From a virus (Duplodnaviria > Heunggongvirae > Uroviricota > Caudoviricetes): 64,000 bases of DNA. Where the stretch lies: the IMG/VR virus record IMGVR_UViG_2531839524_000004; one strand, 5' to 3'. Within the stretch, counting starts at the first letter, position 1, and each line of letters opens with the position of its first letter. The notes beneath the pieces are model-generated. The model was not told where the DNA came from, did no database searches, and saw only the letters and a program-made list of their open reading frames with translations. Both the position numbers and the translations under genes were made by a program. Of the stretch, positions 56,838 through 64,000 are shown piece by piece.

Positions 56838-58156
56838 AAAAGTTGATCGCACTTAAGCATAAGCTGGACGAAATGAAAGCTATGGGAACCAATGCAAAAA
56901 AAGAGGCATTGGCCAACATGGATGACTTCGAGCAAAGCATGGTTTCATTGATGCTCAACCCTTTCATCCGTTTTGGGGTAAAGAAATACAAAGTGGCAGA
57001 GCCGCTTAGTGAGTCCGTCCCAAGTGACGAAAAAGCCATTGATATACTGAATAAGCTGGCCTCTCGCGAGCTGACGGGGAACGCAGCAATAGCTGCTGTT
57101 GAGTCTATCGTGGCGTCAATGTGCGCCGATGGGCAGGACGTGTTCCGTCGTTTCCTCTTAAAAGATCCGAAAGCTGGCGTTGGGATTAGCCTATGTAACA
57201 AGGTTTTTGAAAATCCCATTCCGAAATTCGAGGTGCAGCTGGCGTCACCGTATAAAGAAAAAGGCGACAAATACCCCTTCAAGCCAAATCCTAAAGCCAA
57301 ATGGCCGATGATTGGCAGTCTTAAGCTCGATGGTTTGCGAGTAATTTGCGAGGTTATTGTTGACGAGGAAGAGGTTAACTTCCTTTCTCGTACTGGTAAT
57401 CCAATCACGTCTCTCGATCACCTAAAGCCAGCCATGCTCGAATTAGGCAAACTTTCAGGCCACAAACACATCTTCTTCGATGGTGAAGGAACTGCCGGTT
57501 CATTTAACCAGTCCGTATCTGCATTGCGCAAAAAGAACGTGCAGGCAATTGGCGCTATTTATCATGTTTTCGACTTCTTCCTACCGGAATGGCGAGCACA
57601 GGCTAAATCCAAAGAGTATGCAAAGACAGGTATGAAGCTGAAAGAGCGCCTGGCTATGCTGGTGGCGTTGTTCAAAAACGATCGCAGTGAAGGCTACACA
57701 CAAGACATTCACCTGCATCCGTTCTATATCATCCATAGCCACGAAGACTTCATCGAACGCTTCATGAAACGCCTGGACGATAACGAAGAAGGGGAGATGG
57801 GCAAAGATCCGAACTCTGTTTACGAGTTTAAACGTACCCGCAGCTGGTGGAAGTTAAAAGACGAAGATTCAGAAGATGGTGAAATTATCGACTTTGAGCC
57901 GGGCGACCCGGACTCTGGTTTTGCCAACACACTTGGAAAAATTGTTATTCGTCTTGAAAACGGCGTCATCGTTCGTGCGAGCGGTATTAAGCATAAATAT
58001 CTGGACGAGATCTGGAACAACAAAGAGAAGTACCGTGGTCGTATTGTTGAGGTTCATTGTCACGAGAAAACACCGGATGGCAGCTTACGCCACCCCCGAC
58101 TGAAATGGCCGCGTTGCTTACGCGATACAGAAGATCGAATCGGAGATAAAGAATGA
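56834..58156 (+). CDS. ATP-dependent DNA ligase
   Basis: Motif I KLDGLR, motif III-like FFDGEG, motif V WWKLK, C-terminal LRHPRL...R.D (motif VI-like); 440 aa. Confidence 0.75.
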   Translation: MKKLIALKHKLDEMKAMGTNAKKEALANMDDFEQSMVSLMLNPFIRFGVKKYKVAEPLSESVPSDEKAIDILNKLASRELTGNAAIAAVESIVASMCADGQDVFRRFLLKDPKAGVGISLCNKVFENPIPKFEVQLASPYKEKGDKYPFKPNPKAKWPMIGSLKLDGLRVICEVIVDEEEVNFLSRTGNPITSLDHLKPAMLELGKLSGHKHIFFDGEGTAGSFNQSVSALRKKNVQAIGAIYHVFDFFLPEWRAQAKSKEYAKTGMKLKERLAMLVALFKNDRSEGYTQDIHLHPFYIIHSHEDFIERFMKRLDDNEEGEMGKDPNSVYEFKRTRSWWKLKDEDSEDGEIIDFEPGDPDSGFANTLGKIVIRLENGVIVRASGIKHKYLDEIWNNKEKYRGRIVEVHCHEKTPDGSLRHPRLKWPRCLRDTEDRIGDKE

Positions 58157-58332
58157 TGCTCGGCTGGATGATTGCATTTTTAGCAGTTGGGTTTTTCATA
58201 GGTATTGTGGTGATGTCCAGTTGCATCAATGACTACATTAAAAGCGGTGTTATAGAAAGACGCGGTCGTATTTATCGCATTGTAGAAATAACCAACACCC
58301 TGAAGGAGATTAAGGATGATCGTATTAAGTAA
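58153..58332 (+). CDS. small membrane protein (59 aa)
   Basis: Own translation MMLGWMIAFLAVGFFIGIVVMSSCINDYIKSGVIERRGRIYRIVEITNTLKEIKDDRIK; start overlaps the ligase stop (ATGA). Confidence 0.4.
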   Translation: MMLGWMIAFLAVGFFIGIVVMSSCINDYIKSGVIERRGRIYRIVEITNTLKEIKDDRIK

Positions 58333-58531
58333 ACGGGAGAAGGAAACGCTTCATGAAATCAGTAAGTGGCCGGAGTTCCCTGAGTACTGGAAGCCTAAAA
58401 CGCGAGCTAAGTTAGAGCGTTTAGGGTTGGTTGCAAACGTTTCTGAAACGTGGTGTTCGGCCAACTACCAGTTAACTGATAAAGGGAAAGTATTGCTACA
58501 GCAATTAGTAGAATCAGGAGTGTTAAAATGA
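58316..58531 (+). CDS. hypothetical small protein
   Basis: ORF track, 71 aa. Confidence 0.4.
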   Translation: MIVLSKREKETLHEISKWPEFPEYWKPKTRAKLERLGLVANVSETWCSANYQLTDKGKVLLQQLVESGVLK

Positions 58532-58680
58532 TTCCATACATCTCATTAGCTTTTATGGGTGGCTTCCTTATCGGCTTCGGCATCTGTCGTGATTTAATTA
58601 AGCAGGAACTTAAAACCAAAACACTGTGCATCGGAAAGCGTGTGTATCGGGTAGTTCATGAAACAAAGGTGAAAAAATGA
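58528..58680 (+). CDS. small membrane protein (50 aa), paralogue of 58153-58332
   Basis: Own translation MIPYISLAFMGGFLIGFGICRDLIKQELKTKTLCIGKRVYRVVHETKVKK; shares TM plus G(R/K)R.YR.VE.T with the 59-aa protein. Confidence 0.4.
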   Translation: MIPYISLAFMGGFLIGFGICRDLIKQELKTKTLCIGKRVYRVVHETKVKK

Positions 58681-58967
58681 GCAATTTAACTTCTTGGGAA
58701 TGGTGGTTGGCCACCTATTTCTTAGCGGCCGGAGTCGCATTCGCCTTTTACGTAGGTCAGTTAGTCGTAAAACTGTTGCTGATTAAATTTGCTAGTCATA
58801 AACGTATCGATGATGGTCTGTGGCGTCTTGGCACCCTGGTGGAAACTCGCTACGGGCAACTTAAGGAGAACGAAACCATTACTATCCAAGCGAAACGATT
58901 CACTGCCACCATTACAAGAACACCTAGTCGTAGAGTGGCCTTGATCAAAAAAGTCACAACCGAATAA
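58677..58967 (+). CDS. hypothetical membrane protein
   Basis: ORF track, 96 aa; N-terminal TM helix. Confidence 0.4.
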   Translation: MSNLTSWEWWLATYFLAAGVAFAFYVGQLVVKLLLIKFASHKRIDDGLWRLGTLVETRYGQLKENETITIQAKRFTATITRTPSRRVALIKKVTTE

Positions 58968-59172
58968 AAACATATTGATAAGTATTTACTTACTTATCTT
59001 TTGTGTATAAGATGACTTTGTTTTCGTTGAGACGCGACTGTTTGAACTTAAATACAAGTGCAAACGAAGAAGTCTATCTGGCAGTAGCCTAATAAGCCAA
59101 ACACCAGCGAGGTCAGTTTCCAGCCTCGTTACCGAAATGGGACACACTGAGCGAGTGGGATTGCAGAACGCA

Positions 59173-59196
59173 GGAGGGAACATTCATGTTCCCTCC
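59173..59196. repeat. perfect 24-bp palindrome GGAGGGAACATTCATGTTCCCTCC
   Basis: 11-bp arms with 2-nt centre; first of three inverted-repeat structures upstream of the tRNA cluster. Confidence 0.7.
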
Positions 59197-59202
59197 GATG
59201 AA

Positions 59203-59280
59203 GTAACAGAATGGGCGGTTGGTATATTTTCAACTCCATATGACTCCCGGATTCTTAGCCACTGACCGCCCATTCTGTTA
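59203..59280. repeat. long-range inverted repeat AACAGAATGGGCGGT ... ACCGCCCATTCTGTT
   Basis: 15-bp arms separated by about 45 bp. Confidence 0.7.
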
Positions 59281-59745
59281 CGTCATTTTGTTCAATTATG
59301 TCGTTTATACTGGGTTAAAAAGCGGCGACGTAGCCCGGCTGGTATGGTTAGCCAGCACACAACGTTGAGGCCATTACATTTTTATCAATTCTAAGGTTCT
59401 ATTCACAGAGATACCGGCGAGCGTTGATATGTAACATGTTGGGCAAACATTCAATCGGAGTAGTGGCCTCAACGTTGTGAAGACGGGATTGTTGTGTAGG
59501 TTTAACCACTGTTGCCATTGGTGCCTGTTTTCACAACAAATGATTCCATACATCACATTGTATAAATTACAAAGTAGGTGCTGTCCTCAGAAACATCATC
59601 TACTTAAAGATTTTGCCTTCTACTATTGAGCGAAGTCGAAAGCGTCTGGCACTAACGAAAAGTGCAAGTAGCGGTGCGTTTCCTGGCAGAAACTAAACCG
59701 TCGCGATTGGCACTGTTGAGTAATAAATACTGGCAGTGCTGAATT

Positions 59746-59820
59746 GATGGTGTAGCTCAGCGGTAGAGCAGTTGGCTGTTAACCAACTGGTCGGTGGTTC
59801 GAATCCACCCACCATCGCCA
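59746..59820 (+). tRNA. tRNA-Asn (anticodon GTT)
   Basis: Manual cloverleaf: acceptor GATGGTG/CACCATC, D-arm GCTC..GAGC, anticodon loop CTGTTAA, T-loop TTCGAAT, 3' CCA. Confidence 0.8.
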
Positions 59821-59825
59821 ATTTA

Positions 59826-59912
59826 GGGGAGTTAGTCCGTAGAGGTAGCGGTGTAGACTGTAAATCTACTGTCATGGCGACTCGGGTGGTTCGACTCCAT
59901 CACTCCCCACCA
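59826..59912 (+). tRNA. tRNA-Tyr (anticodon GTA), long variable arm
   Basis: Acceptor GGGGAGT/ACTCCCC, anticodon loop CTGTAAA, long variable arm, T-loop TTCGACT, 3' CCA; D-arm non-canonical. Confidence 0.6.
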
Positions 59913-59916
59913 AATT

Positions 59917-59992
59917 GCCGGTTTAGCTCAGTTGGTAGAGCGCCTGCCTTGTAAGCAGGATGTCAGCGGTTCGAGTCCGTTAACCGGCACCA
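59917..59992 (+). tRNA. tRNA-Thr (anticodon TGT)
   Basis: Acceptor GCCGGTT/AACCGGC, D-arm GCTC..GAGC, anticodon loop CTTGTAA, T-loop TTCGAGT, 3' CCA. Confidence 0.8.
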
Positions 59993-60209
59993 ACACAACA
60001 GGAAAGAGCATTGAAACCCGCCGAGACTGCCCTGTTTTAAGCGTAAGTCCGTGCAAACGTCATACAGTGCTCTTTTCGTTGTGGTTGATGCGCAGACTGA
60101 TGCGCGGAAAGAAATGCCCCAGCGACACACGAGGCGAGTTCACACACTGCAATGCAGTCAGTAGCCGGGGTCGCTAAGCCGGAGATCAGTACCGGTAACC
60201 ACAACAATT

Positions 60210-60296
60210 GGAGAGTAGGGAGCATGGTGCTCAAGCGGTCTTGAAAACCGTCCCATTGTGCAAACGATGATGGTTCGATTCCATTACTCTCCGCCA
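60210..60296 (+). tRNA. tRNA-Ser (anticodon TGA), long variable arm
   Basis: Acceptor GGAGAGT/ACTCTCC, anticodon loop CTTGAAA, long variable arm, T-loop TTCGATT, 3' CCA. Confidence 0.65.
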
Positions 60297-60488
60297 GACA
60301 CAGCGTTGAGCGGTTTGGCCTTTTAATCAACTCGATTAAGACTCCGCTAACATAAACCAGACCGCTCAACGCTGTGATAGATAATTACGGCAGACGTTCT
60401 TAACCATAGCTTGCTAACATCCTAGCAACACTTTTTTCAGCGCAAAATTCAAAGGGGCTTCGGCCCCTTTTTTGTTGAACAGTGCAAT

Positions 60489-61751
60489 TTACTTTGCATA
60501 GTCGCCCAATTTTAATATTTCGCGCTTATATTCATTAACCATGCTACTGGATTCAGTATAAATTCGATTTAAAAGATTATCGTTATCTTTATTTTCATTT
60601 ATCTTAATTAGTGCTAATTTATATTCATAGTCATCAAATGCCACAATTAAATGGTGGCCTGGGATTATATCTTCGTCACTCTTAAAGTATATATCTTCAA
60701 GTATGTAATCTAGTTGATTAGATTTTCTTTTCTCGATGTAATCTTCAGCCATAGCTATTACATCATTCCTGTCATTTAACCTGTTTTTTTCGGAAGGCAC
60801 ATCTTCGTAATGTTGCACGATTGAACAACCAATAAGGCGTGGGATGTAAACGTCAAAATGAGTAACTCTATCATTCGCGGTTTTAAGTAGTTCCTCAAAG
60901 TAGTTTCTTACATGTAAAGGCAACTTCTCAAAGTAATCATTAATTATAGGAGAACAAGGAGTTTTATAATTCATAAGAACCGACGGTACGAGCTTTGGGT
61001 GTCGAAACATCCAGTCCCTTTTAACGTCCGATGGAACATAATAACTTTTAATGATATTATCAAAATAATTTATCATTCGAGATTTGAATATTTTGTTGAA
61101 TCTAAGGTTTATGAATGTATCCAGATAAGGCATATTTGAATAAGCATCATCAAAAAATATTTCATCATTGAAAAAATCATATTTATTCAATAAACAACAC
61201 AGTTTTTCCGAATTAATATGTTCACAATAATCGATTTTTAATCCAAAGATAGCAATGATCAACTTCATCTGAGGTGGGATTTTAAAAATTAATTGTGACA
61301 CATACGCTCTTTTTTCCTTGAGACATTCCCCATCAATATAAAATGAACCATCCACATACTCAAATATATTAATAATATGCTTCACATACTGTATTACCTC
61401 ATGCTGTCTTACCAATGGATAATATAGTCTATGTAACTCATCGCTGTTTAAATTAATTTTGTGTTTATCGATAATTTGTTTTGCAAGAAGACATAACTCA
61501 TCATGTTGATTTAATAAGGAATCAAACCATTGTTTAAATGCACTCTTTCGCATTTCGAACAATGATTCAGTTGTTAATTGAAGGGCTGAAAAAGCTGCTT
61601 TTGCACTTTTTCTCGCTTCGTAGGCATTCCATGCTGTTGCTATAAAAGCAAATGCTGTAGCCAATGTTCCAACAGTTTGACCATTTAAAACAACCCAATC
61701 CCAAAAAATGACGGTGAGCAGTAGTATAATAATGAAAATTAAAAAAGGCAT
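60489..61751 (-). CDS. hypothetical AT-rich membrane-anchored protein (cargo gene)
   Basis: ORF track, 420 aa; two N-terminal hydrophobic segments then a large soluble domain; markedly AT-rich versus flanking genes. Confidence 0.6.
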   Translation of the reverse strand: MPFLIFIIILLLTVIFWDWVVLNGQTVGTLATAFAFIATAWNAYEARKSAKAAFSALQLTTESLFEMRKSAFKQWFDSLLNQHDELCLLAKQIIDKHKINLNSDELHRLYYPLVRQHEVIQYVKHIINIFEYVDGSFYIDGECLKEKRAYVSQLIFKIPPQMKLIIAIFGLKIDYCEHINSEKLCCLLNKYDFFNDEIFFDDAYSNMPYLDTFINLRFNKIFKSRMINYFDNIIKSYYVPSDVKRDWMFRHPKLVPSVLMNYKTPCSPIINDYFEKLPLHVRNYFEELLKTANDRVTHFDVYIPRLIGCSIVQHYEDVPSEKNRLNDRNDVIAMAEDYIEKRKSNQLDYILEDIYFKSDEDIIPGHHLIVAFDDYEYKLALIKINENKDNDNLLNRIYTESSSMVNEYKREILKLGDYAK

Positions 61752-61925
61752 GTATGTATTTCACTCTACTAACTATAAAATATTAGGCTAATGTTAACCA
61801 AACAATGCCTTAATTAATAGATTGATCGAGGCTTTAATAGCTTTATAATGCAGACTGTAAAGATAAGTATGCACATACCTATCTTCTTTGTAAGTAAAGT
61901 TGCATATCAATTCTATGAGGTAACA

Positions 61926-62171
61926 ATGACGATCACTATCTACGGACGAGATAACTGCTCATACTGCAAACGTGCGGTCGAGCTGGCGAAGCAACTAAAG
62001 GGACATGGCTACGGTGATTATGAGTACATCGACATCACCACTGCCGGTATCGACAAGGAAAAACTAAGTGAAATTGTTGGTAAACCGGTAGAGACTATCC
62101 CCCAAGTGCTGATCGATGGCCAACCGATTGGCGGATACACAGAACTGGCTGCATACGTCAGCACCCTCTGA
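61926..62171 (+). CDS. glutaredoxin
   Basis: Active site CSYC and C-terminal ...GKPVETIPQVLIDGQPIGGYTEL resemble E. coli GrxA (from memory); start at MTITIYG after RBS GAGG; ORF-track start 61848 is an N-terminal extension. Confidence 0.75.
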   Translation: MTITIYGRDNCSYCKRAVELAKQLKGHGYGDYEYIDITTAGIDKEKLSEIVGKPVETIPQVLIDGQPIGGYTELAAYVSTL

Positions 62172-62180
62172 TTTTAACGG

Positions 62181-62203
62181 CTCACAGGAGCCGTTTTTAT
62201 TCC
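62181..62203 (+). terminator. intrinsic terminator after the glutaredoxin gene
   Basis: acggctc-acag-gagccgt followed by TTTTAT. Confidence 0.6.
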
Positions 62204-62251
62204 CACCAAACTCACTCCCGTTTCCCTTAAAATTCAAAAAACAACGTCAAA

Positions 62252-62282
62252 ATGATTCCATACCTACTATGTATGGAATCAT
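62252..62282. promoter_or_regulatory. perfect inverted repeat ATGATTCCATA-N9-TATGGAATCAT upstream of the integrase
   Basis: 11-bp arms; the half-site AATGATTCCATACA also occurs at 58527-58540 and 59539-59552. Confidence 0.5.
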
Positions 62283-62381
62283 TACTGAAAATGAGTTACT
62301 TTGACTCTTGATCCTATAAGAATCTATGCCTAATATACTGTTTACTTATACAGTGAATCGGCGTAACTCGGTGATTGTCAT

Positions 62382-63485
62382 ATGAAAAATAGCTTTGACA
62401 GAGCACGCGCTGCGGAGAACACCTCAAAAGAGGCGATTGAGTATCTCGAAAGAGCATCTCAAATGCAGGCCGTTATGATCTCGCAGGTTAGCAATGATAT
62501 GAGATTCTCGGACGCATTCATGTTATTTACTCGCTTATCTCTGCTGATAACAAGACGTCGGCCGGAGATCGCTGTTCATTGTATTTTGATACATGTTTTG
62601 CCGCACATTGCTGATGTAAAAGTAAGTGACATTAATAGGTTCATGGTGAACCAACTGGTCAACCCCCTAATACTGGATGGCAAAATTGTTATGGGCCGCC
62701 GCGTTTTCTCTCTGATGAAGCAGTTCCTTAGCTGGTGTGCCTTCCAGGGGATGATCGACGTGTCACCGTTAAACGATATGTCACTAAACAAAGTTGCCGG
62801 TGGCGCAAAGCCCACGCCTCGCGAGCGGAAGCTAACCGACGCAGAGGTATGGGTGTTCTGGAATATATGGGACTACTTCAATGTGTGCGCTGGTACAAAA
62901 TGGGCGGCCAGGCTATGTCTTGTATCCGCAAGACGACCTGACGAAGTACTGCGGGCTAAAAAAAGTGAGTTCAACCTCCAGCGTGGGGTTTGGAATCAAG
63001 GCAAGAGAAACAAATCAGCCCGTGAGCATTCTCTGCCTTTAAGCACATTAATGCGCACATGCATTGAAGAGTTATTCGAATATGGTAAAGGCAGCCAGTG
63101 GCTTGTGCCTTCGAATAAAAAAATCGGGAAAGATCTTCCGATGTCTAAAGTGGCAATAGCCCAGGCATTACGCCGTATCCTGGAACGACCAGAACTGATG
63201 GAGCTTGAGCCATTTACACCACGAGATTTGCGTCGTACTGCGCGTAGTTACTTCCCAGCATTAGGCATAAGCCAGGAGGTATCACGTAAAATCATGAACC
63301 ACAGTCTTGAGGGGATAGATCGGGTCTACGACCGGCACGATTATATGGACGAGATGCGAGACGCCTTAGAAAGTTTCTCGACGTACATCGCATCAATCGT
63401 AGAGCAACCGGATTTAGACGAAATTGACCACAAATTCAAGGGAGATCGTCTATCGACAGAGCTTATTCGTGTAAATTTTTCATAG
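62382..63485 (+). CDS. tyrosine-type site-specific recombinase (integrase)
   Basis: 367 aa; C-terminal catalytic-domain residues in expected order (...TPRDLRRTARS...HS...VYDRHDY...). Confidence 0.85.
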   Translation: MKNSFDRARAAENTSKEAIEYLERASQMQAVMISQVSNDMRFSDAFMLFTRLSLLITRRRPEIAVHCILIHVLPHIADVKVSDINRFMVNQLVNPLILDGKIVMGRRVFSLMKQFLSWCAFQGMIDVSPLNDMSLNKVAGGAKPTPRERKLTDAEVWVFWNIWDYFNVCAGTKWAARLCLVSARRPDEVLRAKKSEFNLQRGVWNQGKRNKSAREHSLPLSTLMRTCIEELFEYGKGSQWLVPSNKKIGKDLPMSKVAIAQALRRILERPELMELEPFTPRDLRRTARSYFPALGISQEVSRKIMNHSLEGIDRVYDRHDYMDEMRDALESFSTYIASIVEQPDLDEIDHKFKGDRLSTELIRVNFS

Positions 63486-63866
63486 AGACTTTATGGCCTC
63501 AACAACCTTTTGTGATGCGCCTTTCTCTTTACCGAATCGCTCGTTATATGCAGCAAGAACCTGTTTTTCGTCCTCGTTAAGAGGAGCAGTGCCTTCTTTG
63601 TATAAAAATGCTGCGAGTTCGGGTTGGCGTTCTTCCAGCACCATCATCATAAGACGACTTGGCTCAATACCCAGTGCCAGCGCCAGCGGACGAACCTTAT
63701 CGATAGGCAAAGGAATTTTGCCGCTTTTAATTAAAGAAAGGTTGTTGGCGTTTTTATACCCAATTGTTTTGGCTATCTGGGCCTGGCTCATAGGTGAGGA
63801 TTCAATCAACCCTGCGATAAAAGCAGCGTAGCGACTTTCTATAAATTCAATCTTGTTGTCAGACAT
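63480..63866 (-). CDS. XRE-family helix-turn-helix transcriptional regulator
   Basis: 128 aa; HTH ...MSQAQIAKTIGYKNANNLSLIKSGK...; convergent with and overlapping the integrase 3' end by 6 nt. Confidence 0.7.
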   Translation of the reverse strand: MSDNKIEFIESRYAAFIAGLIESSPMSQAQIAKTIGYKNANNLSLIKSGKIPLPIDKVRPLALALGIEPSRLMMMVLEERQPELAAFLYKEGTAPLNEDEKQVLAAYNERFGKEKGASQKVVEAIKSL

Positions 63867-64000
63867 TGTTACAACCTTTGCGCGTTCAATTCTCTCTGGT
63901 AAGTGCTTACCGATATTACATCAAAGGTTAGGGTTGTAAAGCTATTATCATTTTTTTCGATAGGCACTTAAAAGACCGGTTAAAGGCCATTGCACGGAGA

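Noticed and set aside
59746-60296. tRNA cluster as the integration target (attB) of the integrase
   Set aside because: The integrase gene is about 2 kb away with an intervening gene, the tRNAs are flanked by phage genes on both sides, and I found no direct repeat of a tRNA 3' end near the integrase or near the metG junction; more likely phage-encoded tRNAs. Left unresolved rather than annotated.

Overview
The window starts in the 3' end of an IS66-family element, crosses a short chromosomal stretch (a possible type I toxin-like locus, a LexA-box-controlled UmuD'-like gene, apbC/mrp on the minus strand, metG on the plus strand), and from about 5.14 kb to the window end is a large siphovirus-type prophage or phage-plasmid-like element. 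That element has an early region of small gene cassettes with long non-coding repeat-rich stretches (5.2-14 kb), an SF2 helicase and a ParB-ParB-ABC ATPase-GNAT operon (14.3-19.2 kb), a packaging/head/lambda-like tail/tail-fibre module (19.4-45.6 kb), a lysis cassette with overlapping spanins, a ParA/RHH partition pair, a GIY-YIG nuclease, its own DnaB-like helicase, primase and ATP-dependent DNA ligase, a Sel1-repeat secreted protein, four tRNA genes, an AT-rich membrane-anchored cargo gene, a glutaredoxin, a tyrosine integrase and an XRE regulator. All calls rest on reading the sequence and the supplied ORF track; no database search was run, so family assignments are motif- and synteny-based. 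The signals I consider most worth follow-up are: a 15-16 bp palindrome (GAAAACAA-N-TTGTTTTC) upstream of at least ten transcription units; two loci pairing an A+C-rich element with a GGGAAACGGC-type direct-repeat array; the translationally coupled ParB-ParB-ABC ATPase-GNAT-wHTH operon; an AT-rich three-gene operon bracketed by an identical 19-bp hairpin; an identical 57-bp palindrome at two sites 31.5 kb apart; and an AT-rich 420-aa membrane protein beside the tRNA cluster.
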